64,000 bases of DNA, taken from assembly GCA_964588985.1 (NCBI GenBank), contig CAZPQW010000005.1, forward strand, positions 32,001 through 96,000, given 5' to 3'. The notes under the pieces were generated by a model, which searched no databases, was not told the origin of the DNA, and saw nothing but the letters and a program-made list of their open reading frames with translations. This stretch comes from an uncultured Solirubrobacteraceae bacterium. Its GTDB lineage: Bacteria > Actinomycetota > Thermoleophilia > Solirubrobacterales > Solirubrobacteraceae. Below are positions 44,811-54,501 of the stretch, in pieces. How positions within the stretch are numbered: the first letter of the stretch is position 1; the number at the start of each line of letters is the position of its first letter. The translations under genes were made by a program, and so were the position numbers.

Positions 44811-45891
44811 CGTCTGAGCCCCCTTCGCCGTCGCCTTCTTCGCCGCCCGGGATCACGATCGTGCCCGCCTCCTCGAGCCTGCGCACGACCGCCACGATGC
44901 GGCTCTGCGCGGCCTCGACGTCGCGTTTGCGCTGCGGAGGCTGGACCTCCATCTCCTCCTTGAGCATCGCCGCGCCGCGCTCGGACATGTTCGTGAGGAC
45001 CGCGTCCATGACGTGCTCCTCGACACCGCGCAGCGCGAGCACGAGATCCTTCTGGTCGACCTCGCGCAGCACCTGCTGGATGGCGCGCTCTTCGAGTTTG
45101 ACTATGTCCTCGAACACGAACAGCATGCCGCGCACTTCCTCGGCGAGCTCCTTGTCGGTGGTGGTGAGGCTGTCGAGCACGTTTTTCTCGAGGCTGCGGT
45201 CGGCGTGGTTGAGGATCCCCGCGAGCGCCTTGGCGCCGCCGGCGGCCTTGTACTCCTCCTCGGTCTCCTCGCCCATCTTGGCGCGGATCGCCGCCTCGAT
45301 CTGCTGGATGACCTGCGTGCTGGCGTCGCCCATGCGCGCGATCCGCAGCGCGACGTCGGGCTGCTCGGCCTCGGGCAGGCGCGAGAGGACGCGGGCGGCG
45401 AGGTTGGCGGTGAGGCTCGCGAGCACGAGCGCGATCGTCTGCGGCGACTCGCCGCGCAGCAGCGTGACGATCTGCTCGGGCGGGATGCGGCGCAGGAACT
45501 CGAACGGGCGCGATTCGTTGTTCGATAGCCGGCCGAGGATGTCGGCCGCGCGCTCGGCCCCGAGCGCGCGTTCGATCACTTCGTGGGCGAACTCGAGCCC
45601 GCCGGCGACCGCCCCCGGGAGCTGGCCGGCTCCGGCGGTTAGCTCGGTGAAGATCGACTCGGTGGTCTCCGCGGCGACGTTATGCAGCCGCGCCATCTCG
45701 CGCGAGAGGCTCTCGATCTCTTCCTCGCCGAGCAGCTGGATCAGGCTCGCGGCGCGCTCGGGCCCGAGTGCGGCCATCAACACCGCGGCCTTGCGCGCAC
45801 CGGAGATACGCGGCGGCCCGACGGCCATGCCGGTCTGGGTCGCTCCCGCGGGGAGCGCCGGCAGGACCTCCCCGTGCAGCTCACCGGCCAC
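44803..45891 (-). CDS. fliG: Flagellar motor switch protein FliG
   Basis: GARKAAVLM, PFEFL, ESPQTIAL, LFVFEDI, NMSERGA, VEAAQ. Confidence 0.95.
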   Translation of the reverse strand: MAGELHGEVLPALPAGATQTGMAVGPPRISGARKAAVLMAALGPERAASLIQLLGEEEIESLSREMARLHNVAAETTESIFTELTAGAGQLPGAVAGGLEFAHEVIERALGAERAADILGRLSNNESRPFEFLRRIPPEQIVTLLRGESPQTIALVLASLTANLAARVLSRLPEAEQPDVALRIARMGDASTQVIQQIEAAIRAKMGEETEEEYKAAGGAKALAGILNHADRSLEKNVLDSLTTTDKELAEEVRGMLFVFEDIVKLEERAIQQVLREVDQKDLVLALRGVEEHVMDAVLTNMSERGAAMLKEEMEVQPPQRKRDVEAAQSRIVAVVRRLEEAGTIVIPGGEEGDGEGGSDVV

Positions 45892-45897
45892 CTGGTG

Positions 45898-47454
45898 TTA
45901 CCCCTCCTGGATCCAGCTGCGGACCTGCTGGGCGACGAGATCGGGGTCGTTGGCGGCGAGCTGTTCGACCTGCAGGCGCAGCGGGTCGGTGCTGCCGTTG
46001 CCGTTGGCGACAGCTCCGGGGCCGGCGCTGCCGTTGGGCGGCGAGGCGGCCGCGCCGGCCATCGCGGCCGCCCGCGGCGCGGTCTCGCGTTCGAGCTCGG
46101 ACAGACGCATCGGCGCCTCCAGCTCGCGCAGCCACACGGGCTCGCCGATCGCTTCGGTCTCGCGGTTGCGCAGCGCGCGGGTGGTGAAGAACAGGAACAG
46201 CAGCGCGCCGATGCCGAGCAGCGCGTACTTGGCGTAGCCGATCATCGAGCTGGTGGACGCGGCGGCCGCGGCGGTGGACTTGGGGAACACCACCTGTCCG
46301 AGGGAGATCGTGTCTCCGCGCTTGGCCTGTAGGCCTGCGGCGTTGGTGATCGCTTCGCGGATCGCAGGCAGCGAGGCGGCGGGCACGGAGTGGTCGAGGA
46401 GCACAGAGACGTGCTGGCTTTCGACCGTGCCGGGCGCGATGGTGGAGTGTGTGACGGTCTTGCCGACCGCTAGCTGGGAGTTGGTGGTTTCGCGCTTGTA
46501 GTTCGATTTGCCGCCCGATGCGCCGGCGGCGGCGGTGAGGTTCGCGGTGCCGGTCGCGCCGCCCGCGCCGGTCCCCGTGCCCGTCAGCGTCTCAAGCTGT
46601 TTGCTCTGCGACTGCGGCACGCCGGCTTTCGTGTAGGTGAGCGATTCCTGGGTGGTCTGGTTGACGTTCATGTTCGCGTACACGAGCACCTGCGCCTTGC
46701 CCGGCCCGAGCGTCTGCGCGAGCATCGCGTCGAGGCTCGCGGCCATCGTCTGGTCGTAGCGCTGCTCGGCTTCCTGCACGGTCGCGCCGGAACCCCCGCC
46801 GGCGGCGCCGCCGGGCGCCGGCCACAGCAGCTGACCGGAGGCGTCCGTGATCGTGACTTTGCTGAGCTGCAGGCCGGGCACGCTCGAGGTGACGAGCTGT
46901 GCGATCCCCTTCACCGAGCCCTGGTCCAGAGACGTCGTCCCCGAGAGCAGAACCGCGGCCGAGGAGGCGCCCTGGCTTTCGCCGAACAGCTGGTTCTGGG
47001 CGCTGGGCAGCACGAGCGACACCTGCGCGCCGGATACCCCCTGGACGGAGTTGATCGTCTGCTCGAGCTGTCCCTGCAGCGCTCGCTGATAGGTGACCTG
47101 CTGCTGGAAGTTGCTTTCGCCCAGTTTTTGTTTTTCGAAGAGTTCGAAGCCGGGCTGGCTGTTGCCGAGCAGGCCAGCGCCGGCGAGGGCGACGCGCGCG
47201 GTGGCGGTCTGACTGGACTGCACGGCGATCGCGGTGCCGTTGTTCTGCAGCTGGTAGTTGACCCCCTTCGCGCTGAGGGCGCTCGTCATCTTGCCCGTCT
47301 GCGCGGGGTCGAGGCCGCTGGCGAGTGTCGAGTAGCTCGGCTGGGAGACCAGGTGCAGGAACATGTACGCAAACAGGATCACGCCGACGACGAAGCCGCC
47401 CGCGATCAACCATGCGCGAGGGGTGAGCCTTGAGGCGAGCTGGGCGATGGGCAA
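45898..47454 (-). CDS. fliF: MS-ring protein FliF
   Basis: GFELFEKQKLGESNFQQQVTYQRALQGQL, SSAAVL, second TM, VAQQVRSWI. Confidence 0.93.
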   Translation of the reverse strand: MPIAQLASRLTPRAWLIAGGFVVGVILFAYMFLHLVSQPSYSTLASGLDPAQTGKMTSALSAKGVNYQLQNNGTAIAVQSSQTATARVALAGAGLLGNSQPGFELFEKQKLGESNFQQQVTYQRALQGQLEQTINSVQGVSGAQVSLVLPSAQNQLFGESQGASSAAVLLSGTTSLDQGSVKGIAQLVTSSVPGLQLSKVTITDASGQLLWPAPGGAAGGGSGATVQEAEQRYDQTMAASLDAMLAQTLGPGKAQVLVYANMNVNQTTQESLTYTKAGVPQSQSKQLETLTGTGTGAGGATGTANLTAAAGASGGKSNYKRETTNSQLAVGKTVTHSTIAPGTVESQHVSVLLDHSVPAASLPAIREAITNAAGLQAKRGDTISLGQVVFPKSTAAAAASTSSMIGYAKYALLGIGALLFLFFTTRALRNRETEAIGEPVWLRELEAPMRLSELERETAPRAAAMAGAAASPPNGSAGPGAVANGNGSTDPLRLQVEQLAANDPDLVAQQVRSWIQEG

Positions 47455-47457
47455 CGA

Positions 47458-47829
47458 TCAGGCCTGGGTTTGGAAGATGCTCTGGACGGCTTCGGTCGCC
47501 TTCGTGCGGATCTGGGAGGCGAGTTGCATCGCCAGCTGCGCGTCCTCGACGGTGACGACGGCTGTCTCGGGATCCTTGACGGTCCCGGTCGCAAGCGCCT
47601 GCGCGGCGCTGTTGCCACTCTGCTGAGTCTTCTCCAGCGAGGAGATCGCGTTCGTGAGCTCGCTGCCGAAGCCACCCGACGTCGATTCGATCGCGCCGCT
47701 GGGTTCGGCGCCCTGCGCGAGTCCTTCGGCCTGCGCCGCGGCGGGCGCTTTGAGCGCGCCTTCGGCCTGGGCTCCGCCGAGCGTGCCACCCAGCCCGCCG
47801 GTCAAGCCGCCGATCGGCGGGATGATCAT
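47458..47829 (-). CDS. fliE: Hook-basal body protein FliE
   Basis: FGSELTNAI...AQLAMQLASQIRTKATEAVQSIFQTQA. Confidence 0.9.
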   Translation of the reverse strand: MIIPPIGGLTGGLGGTLGGAQAEGALKAPAAAQAEGLAQGAEPSGAIESTSGGFGSELTNAISSLEKTQQSGNSAAQALATGTVKDPETAVVTVEDAQLAMQLASQIRTKATEAVQSIFQTQA

Positions 47830-48272
47830 TTGAGCAGTCCCAGGGTCGCGGTGAACATCGACTTGGCGGTCTGCATCGCGGTGACGTCCGACTGGTAGGA
47901 CTGCTGCTCGGAGATCAGGTCGGTCATTTCTGTGACGGTGCTGACGTTCGGCATCTTCACGTAGCCCTGCGCGTTGGCTTCGGGGTTGGTGGGGTCGTAC
48001 ACCTGGCGGTCGGGGGTGGCGTCGCTGACGATCCCCGACACCTGCACGCCACCCGCGGTCGGCACGCCGGACTGGGCGAGCGCGCCGGAGAGCGCGCCTT
48101 CGAAGCTGTTCGAGCCAGCCTGCGCGAGCACGACCTCCTGACGCTGGTAGGGCAGGCCGTTGGCGCCCTTGGTGGTGTCGGCGTTGGCGAGGTTCTCCGC
48201 GGTGACGTCCATGCGGATGCGCTGCGCGCTGAGGCCCGTGCCGGCAATGCCGATCGCGTCGAACAGGCCCAT
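47826..48272 (-). CDS. flgC: Basal-body rod protein FlgC
   Basis: GLSAQRIRMDVTAENLANA, YDPTNPEANAQGYVKMPNV. Confidence 0.95.
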   Translation of the reverse strand: MGLFDAIGIAGTGLSAQRIRMDVTAENLANADTTKGANGLPYQRQEVVLAQAGSNSFEGALSGALAQSGVPTAGGVQVSGIVSDATPDRQVYDPTNPEANAQGYVKMPNVSTVTEMTDLISEQQSYQSDVTAMQTAKSMFTATLGLLK

Positions 48273-48622
48273 CAGAGGATCCCGATCGCGGTGCGCATGA
48301 TCGTGTTGCGAGCTCCCATGACCTCGGTGATCGCCTGGTAGTCGAGCCCGTTTTCGGCGAGCTTGGCCGATTCCTGATCGACGCTCACGCCGGCGCCGTT
48401 GGGGCCGGCTTCGATCGGCTCGGTTTCGGTCTGGAACTGCACTTCTTCGGGGGATTCGCCGACGTTCATGGCGCTCTGCAGCGCCGACTCGAAGTTGACC
48501 TCCTGCGGCTTGTAGCCGGGGGTGTCGGCGTTGGCGATGTTGTTCGTGAGCGCGGTCTGGCGTTGCCAGGAGCCGCGCATGGCGGCCTCGAGCAGCTGCT
48601 GGGTCGAGTCGACGAGGGCCAT
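48272..48622 (-). CDS. flgB: Basal-body rod protein FlgB
   Basis: RQTALTNNIANADTPGYKPQEVNFE, VDQESAKLAENGLDY. Confidence 0.95.
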   Translation of the reverse strand: MALVDSTQQLLEAAMRGSWQRQTALTNNIANADTPGYKPQEVNFESALQSAMNVGESPEEVQFQTETEPIEAGPNGAGVSVDQESAKLAENGLDYQAITEVMGARNTIMRTAIGIL

Positions 48623-48632
48623 CGTGCCCTCG

Positions 48633-48659
48633 TGATCGGCCCGGAACGGTGGATCTTTA
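48633..48659 (-). promoter_or_regulatory. sigma28-type promoter for flgBC-fliEFGHI
   Basis: TAAA-N15-GCCGATCA; ATG 10 nt downstream. Confidence 0.85.
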
Positions 48660-48670
48660 GGGCGCTTGGG

Positions 48671-49024
48671 TCAAGCGCTGCGGTCGAGGCGCGGGAGCCG
48701 CGCGGGCTGCTCGCCGTAGCCGTGGGCGGTGCGGCGGGCGCGCGTGGCGGTGGTGAGCTCCGCCACCAGCGCGTCGCGCAGGCGCAGCAGCTCGATGCGC
48801 GTGCGCTCGTGGATCAGGTGAGCGCGTTCGAGCAGCGACGCGGCCGCGGCGGGTGGAGGGGTGGGCAGACCCGCGACCAGATCGTCCCAGCTCTCGCCGA
48901 GCGCGAGCAGGCCGTCGACGTCGCCGCGGCCGGCGAGCTCGAGTTCCAGCTCGGCGTGCGCGTGGATCGCCTCGTAGCGCGTGAGCGGTCCGTCGACCGT
49001 GTTCTCGCGCGCGGGCGTCCTCAC
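48671..49024 (-). CDS. Small helical protein after fliS, FliT-like by position
   Basis: 117 aa helical; GTG overlaps fliS stop; fliD-fliS-fliT synteny. Product is inference. Confidence 0.6.
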   Translation of the reverse strand: MRTPARENTVDGPLTRYEAIHAHAELELELAGRGDVDGLLALGESWDDLVAGLPTPPPAAAASLLERAHLIHERTRIELLRLRDALVAELTTATRARRTAHGYGEQPARLPRLDRSA

Positions 49025-49404
49025 CCCTGCGAGACCTCAGAGGCGACCTGGGACCATGCCTCGCGCAGCTCGCCGAGCAGCTCGCTGACCTCTTCCAGCT
49101 TGGCGGGATCCTGGTGGATGCGCCCGCTGTTGAGGTGCTTGAGGCAGAACCCGTAGATCGTGTGCAGCTGCTCGGGGAGCTGGCCCTGCTCGAAGTCGAG
49201 TGTGGCGTCGAGGTGGGCGATGATCATCTCGGCGCGGCGCAGCGTGTTGTGCGCCCGCTCGATCTGCCCGTCGCGCATCGCCACCGTGGCCTGGCGCAGG
49301 AAGCGCCGCGCGCCGTCGTAGAGCATCACCACGAGCTCGCCCGGCGCCGCGGTGAGCACGGCGCTCTGGCGGTAGGCCTGCGGCGATGCCATCAGATTGC
49401 TCAT
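49021..49404 (-). CDS. fliS: Flagellin chaperone FliS
   Basis: AYRQSAVLTAAPGELVVMLYDGARRFL, ELREAW. Confidence 0.95.
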   Translation of the reverse strand: MSNLMASPQAYRQSAVLTAAPGELVVMLYDGARRFLRQATVAMRDGQIERAHNTLRRAEMIIAHLDATLDFEQGQLPEQLHTIYGFCLKHLNSGRIHQDPAKLEEVSELLGELREAWSQVASEVSQG

Positions 49405-49412
49405 CTGGAGAG

Positions 49413-49439
49413 TGATCGGCCTGGCGCGGACAAAGCTGA
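49413..49439 (-). promoter_or_regulatory. sigma28-type promoter for fliS
   Basis: TCAG-N15-GCCGATCA; ATG 8 nt downstream. Confidence 0.75.
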
Positions 49440-49461
49440 AGTCCGACGCTCGCCGGCCGCG

Positions 49462-50850
49462 CTAGAGCCCGGAGTTGTTGAGCGACTTTTCCTGGCTCAC
49501 GAGCCACGACGACTGTGCGCTGTTCTGCGAGATCACGCCTTCGAGCTGCGCGTAGGTTGCCTGCAGAGCGCGCTGGCGCACGGCGAGCATCTCGTTCATC
49601 GTGCTGATCCGCTGGGTCATGTTGCTGATCTGGCTGGCGTCGCCTTCGATCCTTCCACCGAGCGTCCCGGCGGGTTCGGCCATCGAGGTGACCATGCCCT
49701 GCAGGTTCTTCGCCCACTTCTGCAGCATCGACTGGGCGCCCGCGGGGTTGGCTTCGATCGCTTCCTTGAGCTTTGTGGGGTTGAGGCTCAGCTGACCTTC
49801 GAGCGTGGACTGCGAGCTGCTGCCACCGCTTGCCGAGCCCGTGCTGAGGCCGATGTCGGCAGGGCTCGCCATGCCTTCCGTCAGGCCTTCGATCGGTTCG
49901 TACATCGCTTGGCGCATGCGGCTGAGCAGCCCCGTGAGGTTCTGGTCGCCGAACAAAGCCCCGGTGGCGAATTCGGCCGCGTTGGCGGCGTGGGCGGGCG
50001 GCTTGGTGGTGACCTGCTTCTGGATCGCCGCGACGGTGCTGTTGTAGAGCGTGACGAACGACTGCACCTGCGTTTCGACCGCGGTCACGCTCGGGCCTGG
50101 AGCATGGATGTTGATCGTCACCGGCCCGGTCGTCGTGACGCCTTCCAGTTTCAGGGTCACACCGGGGATGGCGCTGGTGACGGTGTTGGAGGCGGAGGTT
50201 CCCGCGACACCGTCGACGGAATATTCGGCGTTCTTGCCTTCTTTGGCGGTTCCGGGCTGTTCGGCGATCGCTCCCTGCGTGTCGATCACGTTGATGAATT
50301 CGGCGCCCGTGTTGCCGGTGGCGCGGCTGGAGAAGACGATGCCGCCTTCCACGACGGCGGCATAAACGGTGGCGGTGGCATCGGAGTTGATCTTGCTGGC
50401 GAGTTCTTTGGCGCTCGCGCCGGCCGCGATCTTGTATTCGTGCCCGTCGATCGTGATCGTGTCTGCTTCCGTGGGGCTCGTGAAGGTGAACGTTCGCTGT
50501 GCCGCGTTGGCGAGCTGTTTGACTTCGACCTGGTGACCACCGACGCCCGCACCGGACGTGGTGACGGCGCTGACGCGCGTGGGTTCGCTGGAGGTGACGG
50601 TCTGGGAGCTTTCGAACAGCGACGGCAGGCTGAATTCGGAGAGCTCGAAGGAGAGCTGCTGCAGGCTCGTCTGGATGCTCTGGAGCTGACCCTGCTCAGC
50701 CTGGAGCTTTTCCTGCTGGGTGGTGAGGCGTTTGACCGGAGCGCGTTCGGCGCTCATCAACGCTTCGATGATCGCGGCGGTGTTGAGACCCGACGCGAGC
50801 CCGGAGAAGTTGATCGTGGAGCCGCCGGTGTTGACAGAGCCCGAGGACAT
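49462..50850 (-). CDS. fliD: Filament cap protein FliD
   Basis: SGLASGLNTAAIIEALMSAERAP, SNTVTSAIPGVTLKL, FVTLYN, C-terminal coiled coil. Confidence 0.93.
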   Translation of the reverse strand: MSSGSVNTGGSTINFSGLASGLNTAAIIEALMSAERAPVKRLTTQQEKLQAEQGQLQSIQTSLQQLSFELSEFSLPSLFESSQTVTSSEPTRVSAVTTSGAGVGGHQVEVKQLANAAQRTFTFTSPTEADTITIDGHEYKIAAGASAKELASKINSDATATVYAAVVEGGIVFSSRATGNTGAEFINVIDTQGAIAEQPGTAKEGKNAEYSVDGVAGTSASNTVTSAIPGVTLKLEGVTTTGPVTINIHAPGPSVTAVETQVQSFVTLYNSTVAAIQKQVTTKPPAHAANAAEFATGALFGDQNLTGLLSRMRQAMYEPIEGLTEGMASPADIGLSTGSASGGSSSQSTLEGQLSLNPTKLKEAIEANPAGAQSMLQKWAKNLQGMVTSMAEPAGTLGGRIEGDASQISNMTQRISTMNEMLAVRQRALQATYAQLEGVISQNSAQSSWLVSQEKSLNNSGL

Positions 50851-50856
50851 GACTCG

Positions 50857-51201
50857 CTATCCCAGTGTCTTCCCGGCCGCGATGTCGAACACCTCGGCCG
50901 TCGAGAGAGCCCTGACGGCGTTGCCGTCGTCGAGCTCGACCTTGACGCGGCCGGTCTCGGAGAAGGAGAAGCGCACCTCCTGCCCGCGCTCGCGCAGCTG
51001 CTCGCCTATACGACCTGCGGCGGCCATCTGCTCCAGTACCTCGGGCGGCGGACCGCTGCGGGTGGCCTCGACCCTGAGCGAGCGCTCGCTGGCGGCGAGC
51101 TCGGCGACGAACGCCGCCATGTTGGTGGCGTCGCTCGGTGCGGACGACGTCGGTTCGGATGGGGCCCGAGGGTCCCTGATCGGCATGATCGGCGAGCTCA
51201 T
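50857..51201 (-). CDS. FlaG-like protein
   Basis: EVRFSFSETGRVKVELDDGNAVRALSTAEVFDIA resembles FlaG C-terminus; directly upstream of fliD; ATG 51201 with SD AGGGAG. Confidence 0.7.
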   Translation of the reverse strand: MSSPIMPIRDPRAPSEPTSSAPSDATNMAAFVAELAASERSLRVEATRSGPPPEVLEQMAAAGRIGEQLRERGQEVRFSFSETGRVKVELDDGNAVRALSTAEVFDIAAGKTLG

Positions 51202-51205
51202 ATGG

Positions 51206-51224
51206 CGTTTTCTCCCTGAAAACG
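51206..51224 (-). promoter_or_regulatory. CsrA-type hairpin over the SD of flaG-fliD
   Basis: mRNA CGTTTTC-AGGGA-GAAAACG: 7-bp stem with ANGGA loop; a second ATGGA loop lies upstream (~51234-51254). Confidence 0.7.
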
Positions 51225-51281
51225 TGTGGTTACGCGGTCCGGTCCATGGGCCGCCTCGCTCATGGTGTGTTTCGTTCATGG

Positions 51282-51308
51282 TGATCGACGTCCTCCGGGA
51301 AAACTTGA
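51282..51308 (-). promoter_or_regulatory. sigma28-type promoter for flaG-fliD
   Basis: TCAA-N15-GTCGATCA. Confidence 0.75.
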
Positions 51309-51362
51309 AGTATTTCCCGCGATGAGAGCCGAGTTGCCGAAGCTGCACACGCGACAGCACGG

Positions 51363-53468
51363 CTACGCGGCCTCCGCCTCGCCTCGCGAGAGCAGCTCTG
51401 CGGCCTCCGCGTTGCCCGGGTCCTGGGAGAGCGCGGCGGCGGCGAACTCGCTCGCCTCGCGCGCCATGCCACGGGTGGCGGCCACGCGTGCGAGCCCCAA
51501 CAGCGCTCGCACATCGGGGTCCTCGCCGCAGACGGCCATCCACTCCTCGGCCGCGGAGGCGATGAACCCGTGGCGCAGGTACATCTCGGCGAGCAGCTCG
51601 CGCTGCTCGCGCGCGGACATGGGCGTACGCGCCATCAGACCGAGCAGCACCTCGAAGGTCTCGAAATCCTGGGAGCGCAACAGCGTCTCGAGCGTCCTCT
51701 CGAGCGGCGCCACCGCTGCCTCGCCGAGCACCACGGTGCTCTCCCCGTCGCTGGCCAGCTGCTGCCAAGCGGCGAACAGCTCCAGCTCCGCCTCATCCAT
51801 CCCGCTCGCGTGCGCCCGCGCGAGCGCCGCCGGGGTGGCCGTGCGCTCGCCGCCGGCGATGAGCGCGCACAGCTCTGTGCGACGAGCGCTCGCCGCGAGC
51901 GGTTCCTCGTTTGCGACTTCGCCCGCGACGCGCGCCGCCTCGGCGTAGCGGCGCTGCCTCAGCAGGAGCTCTGCGAGCTCCATGCGCGCCAGGAAGCTGC
52001 CGCAGCCGACGGTCGCGGCGTACCGCGGCGGAGCGTCGCCCATCTCGATGCAGCGCTCGAGCAGCTCGATCGCGCGGTCGCCCTCGCCGAGCGCGGCCGC
52101 GGCGAGGGCCTGCTCGAACACGAGATCGGTGAAGCCGGGAAAGCGGGCGAGCCCCTCCTCGGCGCGCGCGATCGCGTCGGCGTGCAGGCCGACCACGCGC
52201 AGCGTCTTGACCATGCGACTCGCCAGAGCGGGGGCGAACGCCTGACCGTCCAGGTCGGAAAGGCCTGCGAGCAGCGCCCAGGCGCGCTCGAACTCGGCCA
52301 GCGCGGAGACCAGGTCGCCCGCGGCGGCGTACTCGGAGCCGAGGTTGAAATGGAGGAACGGCGTGGCGGCGTCCTCGGCCTGCTGGATCTCGAGCAGCTC
52401 GATGTTACGCGCGGACTTACCGCGACGCACGCGCACGGACGCGAGGTAGCCGTAGTGCTCGACGCGCACGCCGCTCGCCTCCACCCGCTCGGGCAGGTAC
52501 CCCGGCAGACGTGCGGCGATCTGCTCGTGCACGCGCCCCTCGAAGCGGTACTCGGGCCGGCTGCGAAAGACGCGCAGCGCGTCGTGCGTGACCGCGGTCC
52601 CGTCGTGCAGCTCGCCGGTGTAGTTGATCTCGGTCAGCGAAAACGCCTCGCGCCAGGTGCGCCCCTTCAGCGCGCGCAGCAGGGCGAGGTCCTCCGTTAC
52701 GAGCACCTCGTCGGCGTCGAGGTACATCAGCCAGTCGCCCGTGGCCGCGTCGAAGGACACGTTGCGCGCGTCCGCGAACGAGCCGTTCCATGGGTGCTCG
52801 ATCACCCGGGCTCCGAACGAGCGGGCGATCTCGACGGTCGCGTCGCTGGAGCCGGTGTCGACGACCACGATCTCGTCGGCCGCGTCGGCCACCGCGGTCA
52901 GGCAGCGCGAGAGCATCTCCTGCTCGTCGCGAACGATCATGCACAGGCTCAGGCGCAACCCCTCGGCCGGCTGGGCGCGGCCGGCGATCGCGTGGGCGCG
53001 CTCGGCGAGCCCGGCGGACGGGCGCGTGGCCGGGTCGAGCGACTCGCGTCGCGCTCGAAGGGCTTCGCGAGCGCCGTCGAGTCCCGCGAGCCTCGGATCG
53101 AGGCGAGCGGCCGCCTCGAACATCGCCTCGGCGGCATCGAGGCTCCCCAGCCCGCACAGCGCCTTCCCCGCGTGACCCAGCAGCACGGGCTCCGCCGGCT
53201 CGCGCTCGAGCAGCTCGAGTGCCGCGTCGGAAACGGCCGCGAGCAGGCCCGGCGGTGGGGCCTGCTCACCAGCTTCGAGGCCCGCTTCCACGAGTGTCCT
53301 GCCGGCCCAGTAGCGGCGATGCGGGTCGGCGATCGACTCGATCCGCGAGAACAGCTCGCGATAGCTCTCCAGATCGCCGGCGGCCAGCAGCTCGCACGCG
53401 CGGGAGGGCAGCTCGCTCGCCGCGAGCGCGCCGTCGGGGGAGTCTGAGCCTGTGGGGCGGTGGGACAT
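51363..53468 (-). CDS. GT2 glycosyltransferase with TPR-like repeats (candidate flagellin glycosyltransferase)
   Basis: LSLCMIVRDEQ, VVDTGSSDAT, FADARN, YLDADE, FEGRVHEQ, HYGY; helical repeats on both sides; inside the flagellar cluster. Confidence 0.88.
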   Translation of the reverse strand: MSHRPTGSDSPDGALAASELPSRACELLAAGDLESYRELFSRIESIADPHRRYWAGRTLVEAGLEAGEQAPPPGLLAAVSDAALELLEREPAEPVLLGHAGKALCGLGSLDAAEAMFEAAARLDPRLAGLDGAREALRARRESLDPATRPSAGLAERAHAIAGRAQPAEGLRLSLCMIVRDEQEMLSRCLTAVADAADEIVVVDTGSSDATVEIARSFGARVIEHPWNGSFADARNVSFDAATGDWLMYLDADEVLVTEDLALLRALKGRTWREAFSLTEINYTGELHDGTAVTHDALRVFRSRPEYRFEGRVHEQIAARLPGYLPERVEASGVRVEHYGYLASVRVRRGKSARNIELLEIQQAEDAATPFLHFNLGSEYAAAGDLVSALAEFERAWALLAGLSDLDGQAFAPALASRMVKTLRVVGLHADAIARAEEGLARFPGFTDLVFEQALAAAALGEGDRAIELLERCIEMGDAPPRYAATVGCGSFLARMELAELLLRQRRYAEAARVAGEVANEEPLAASARRTELCALIAGGERTATPAALARAHASGMDEAELELFAAWQQLASDGESTVVLGEAAVAPLERTLETLLRSQDFETFEVLLGLMARTPMSAREQRELLAEMYLRHGFIASAAEEWMAVCGEDPDVRALLGLARVAATRGMAREASEFAAAALSQDPGNAEAAELLSRGEAEAA

Positions 53469-53480
53469 TTCCTAACCCCT

Positions 53481-53507
53481 TCATCGACCGCGCCGTTCGA
53501 TAGATGA
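53481..53507 (-). promoter_or_regulatory. sigma28-type promoter for the glycosyltransferase
   Basis: TCAT-N15-GTCGATGA; a second weaker match GCAA-N15-GACGATAT at 53526-53552. Confidence 0.55.
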
Positions 53508-53648
53508 GTACGACCGGAGCAGGGAATATCGTCGCGGCCGCGAATCAGTTGCCGGTTAGACCGCTTTAAGACGGCTCGGACGCGAGCAGTAGTTCCGTAT
53601 CAGGCGGGCCATCCCCCTGTCAGTTCCCTCGATACCAAAAGCAGGAGT

Positions 53649-54461
53649 ATGGAAATAATCGGAAAGCGTGCAGTCAGGGCGCCGGCAGCTGAGGTTTTGG
53701 CGACCTGGCGCGAGTACCGGCGCACGGGCGAGCGCGAGCTGCGCGACCGGCTGATCTTCATGTTCATGCCGATGGTTCGCTACATCGTGTACCGCAAGGT
53801 GCGCGAGGTACCGGCCCAGTGCGATGTCGAGGACTTCCTCTCCTGCGGCCTGGAGGCGCTGATCCACTCGATCGAGCGCTACGACCCGGACAAGGGCGCG
53901 ACGCTCGAGCAGTACGCGTGGACGCGGATCCACGGCGCGGTGCTCGACGAGCTGCGCCGCCACGACTGGGCGCCCCGCTCGCTGCGCCGCGACGAGCGCA
54001 CGATCAACAACGCCCGCGAGAGCTTCCTGTCAGCCAACGAGCGCCCCCCCAGCCGCGAGGAGCTCGCCGCGAAGGTGGGGATGACGCCTGTCCAGCTGAC
54101 CGGCCGGCTCGACGAAGTGGTGCTCGCGGAGGTGGGCTCGCTGAACCGGATCGTGCGCTCCGACGAGAGCGCCACGATCGAGCGGATCGACACGCTCGAG
54201 AGCTCCGACGAGGACTGCGACCCGATCGTGAGCGCCGAGCGCAGCGAAGCCAAGGAGCGCTTCCGCAAGGCGTTCGCGCGTCTCAGTCGCCAGGAGCGCG
54301 AAGTGGCGGTGCTCCTGTACGTCGAGGATTGGACGCTGCGCGACATCGGCGAGCGCCTCGGCGTGTCGGAGAGCCGCATCTCCCAGATCCACACCCAGCT
54401 GCGCCGCCGTCTCTACGAACAGCTCTCCGGCGAGCTGACGCTGTTCAACGCGGTCGGCTGA
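53649..54461 (+). CDS. fliA: RNA polymerase sigma factor FliA/WhiG (sigma28)
   Basis: LRDRLI, YAWTRIHGAVLDELRRHDWAPRS, LRDIGERLGVSESRISQIH. Confidence 0.93.
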   Translation: MEIIGKRAVRAPAAEVLATWREYRRTGERELRDRLIFMFMPMVRYIVYRKVREVPAQCDVEDFLSCGLEALIHSIERYDPDKGATLEQYAWTRIHGAVLDELRRHDWAPRSLRRDERTINNARESFLSANERPPSREELAAKVGMTPVQLTGRLDEVVLAEVGSLNRIVRSDESATIERIDTLESSDEDCDPIVSAERSEAKERFRKAFARLSRQEREVAVLLYVEDWTLRDIGERLGVSESRISQIHTQLRRRLYEQLSGELTLFNAVG

Positions 54462-54501
54462 AGCTCAGCCCGACGACCTCCTCGCAAGACCGCTTGCGTT
54501 C

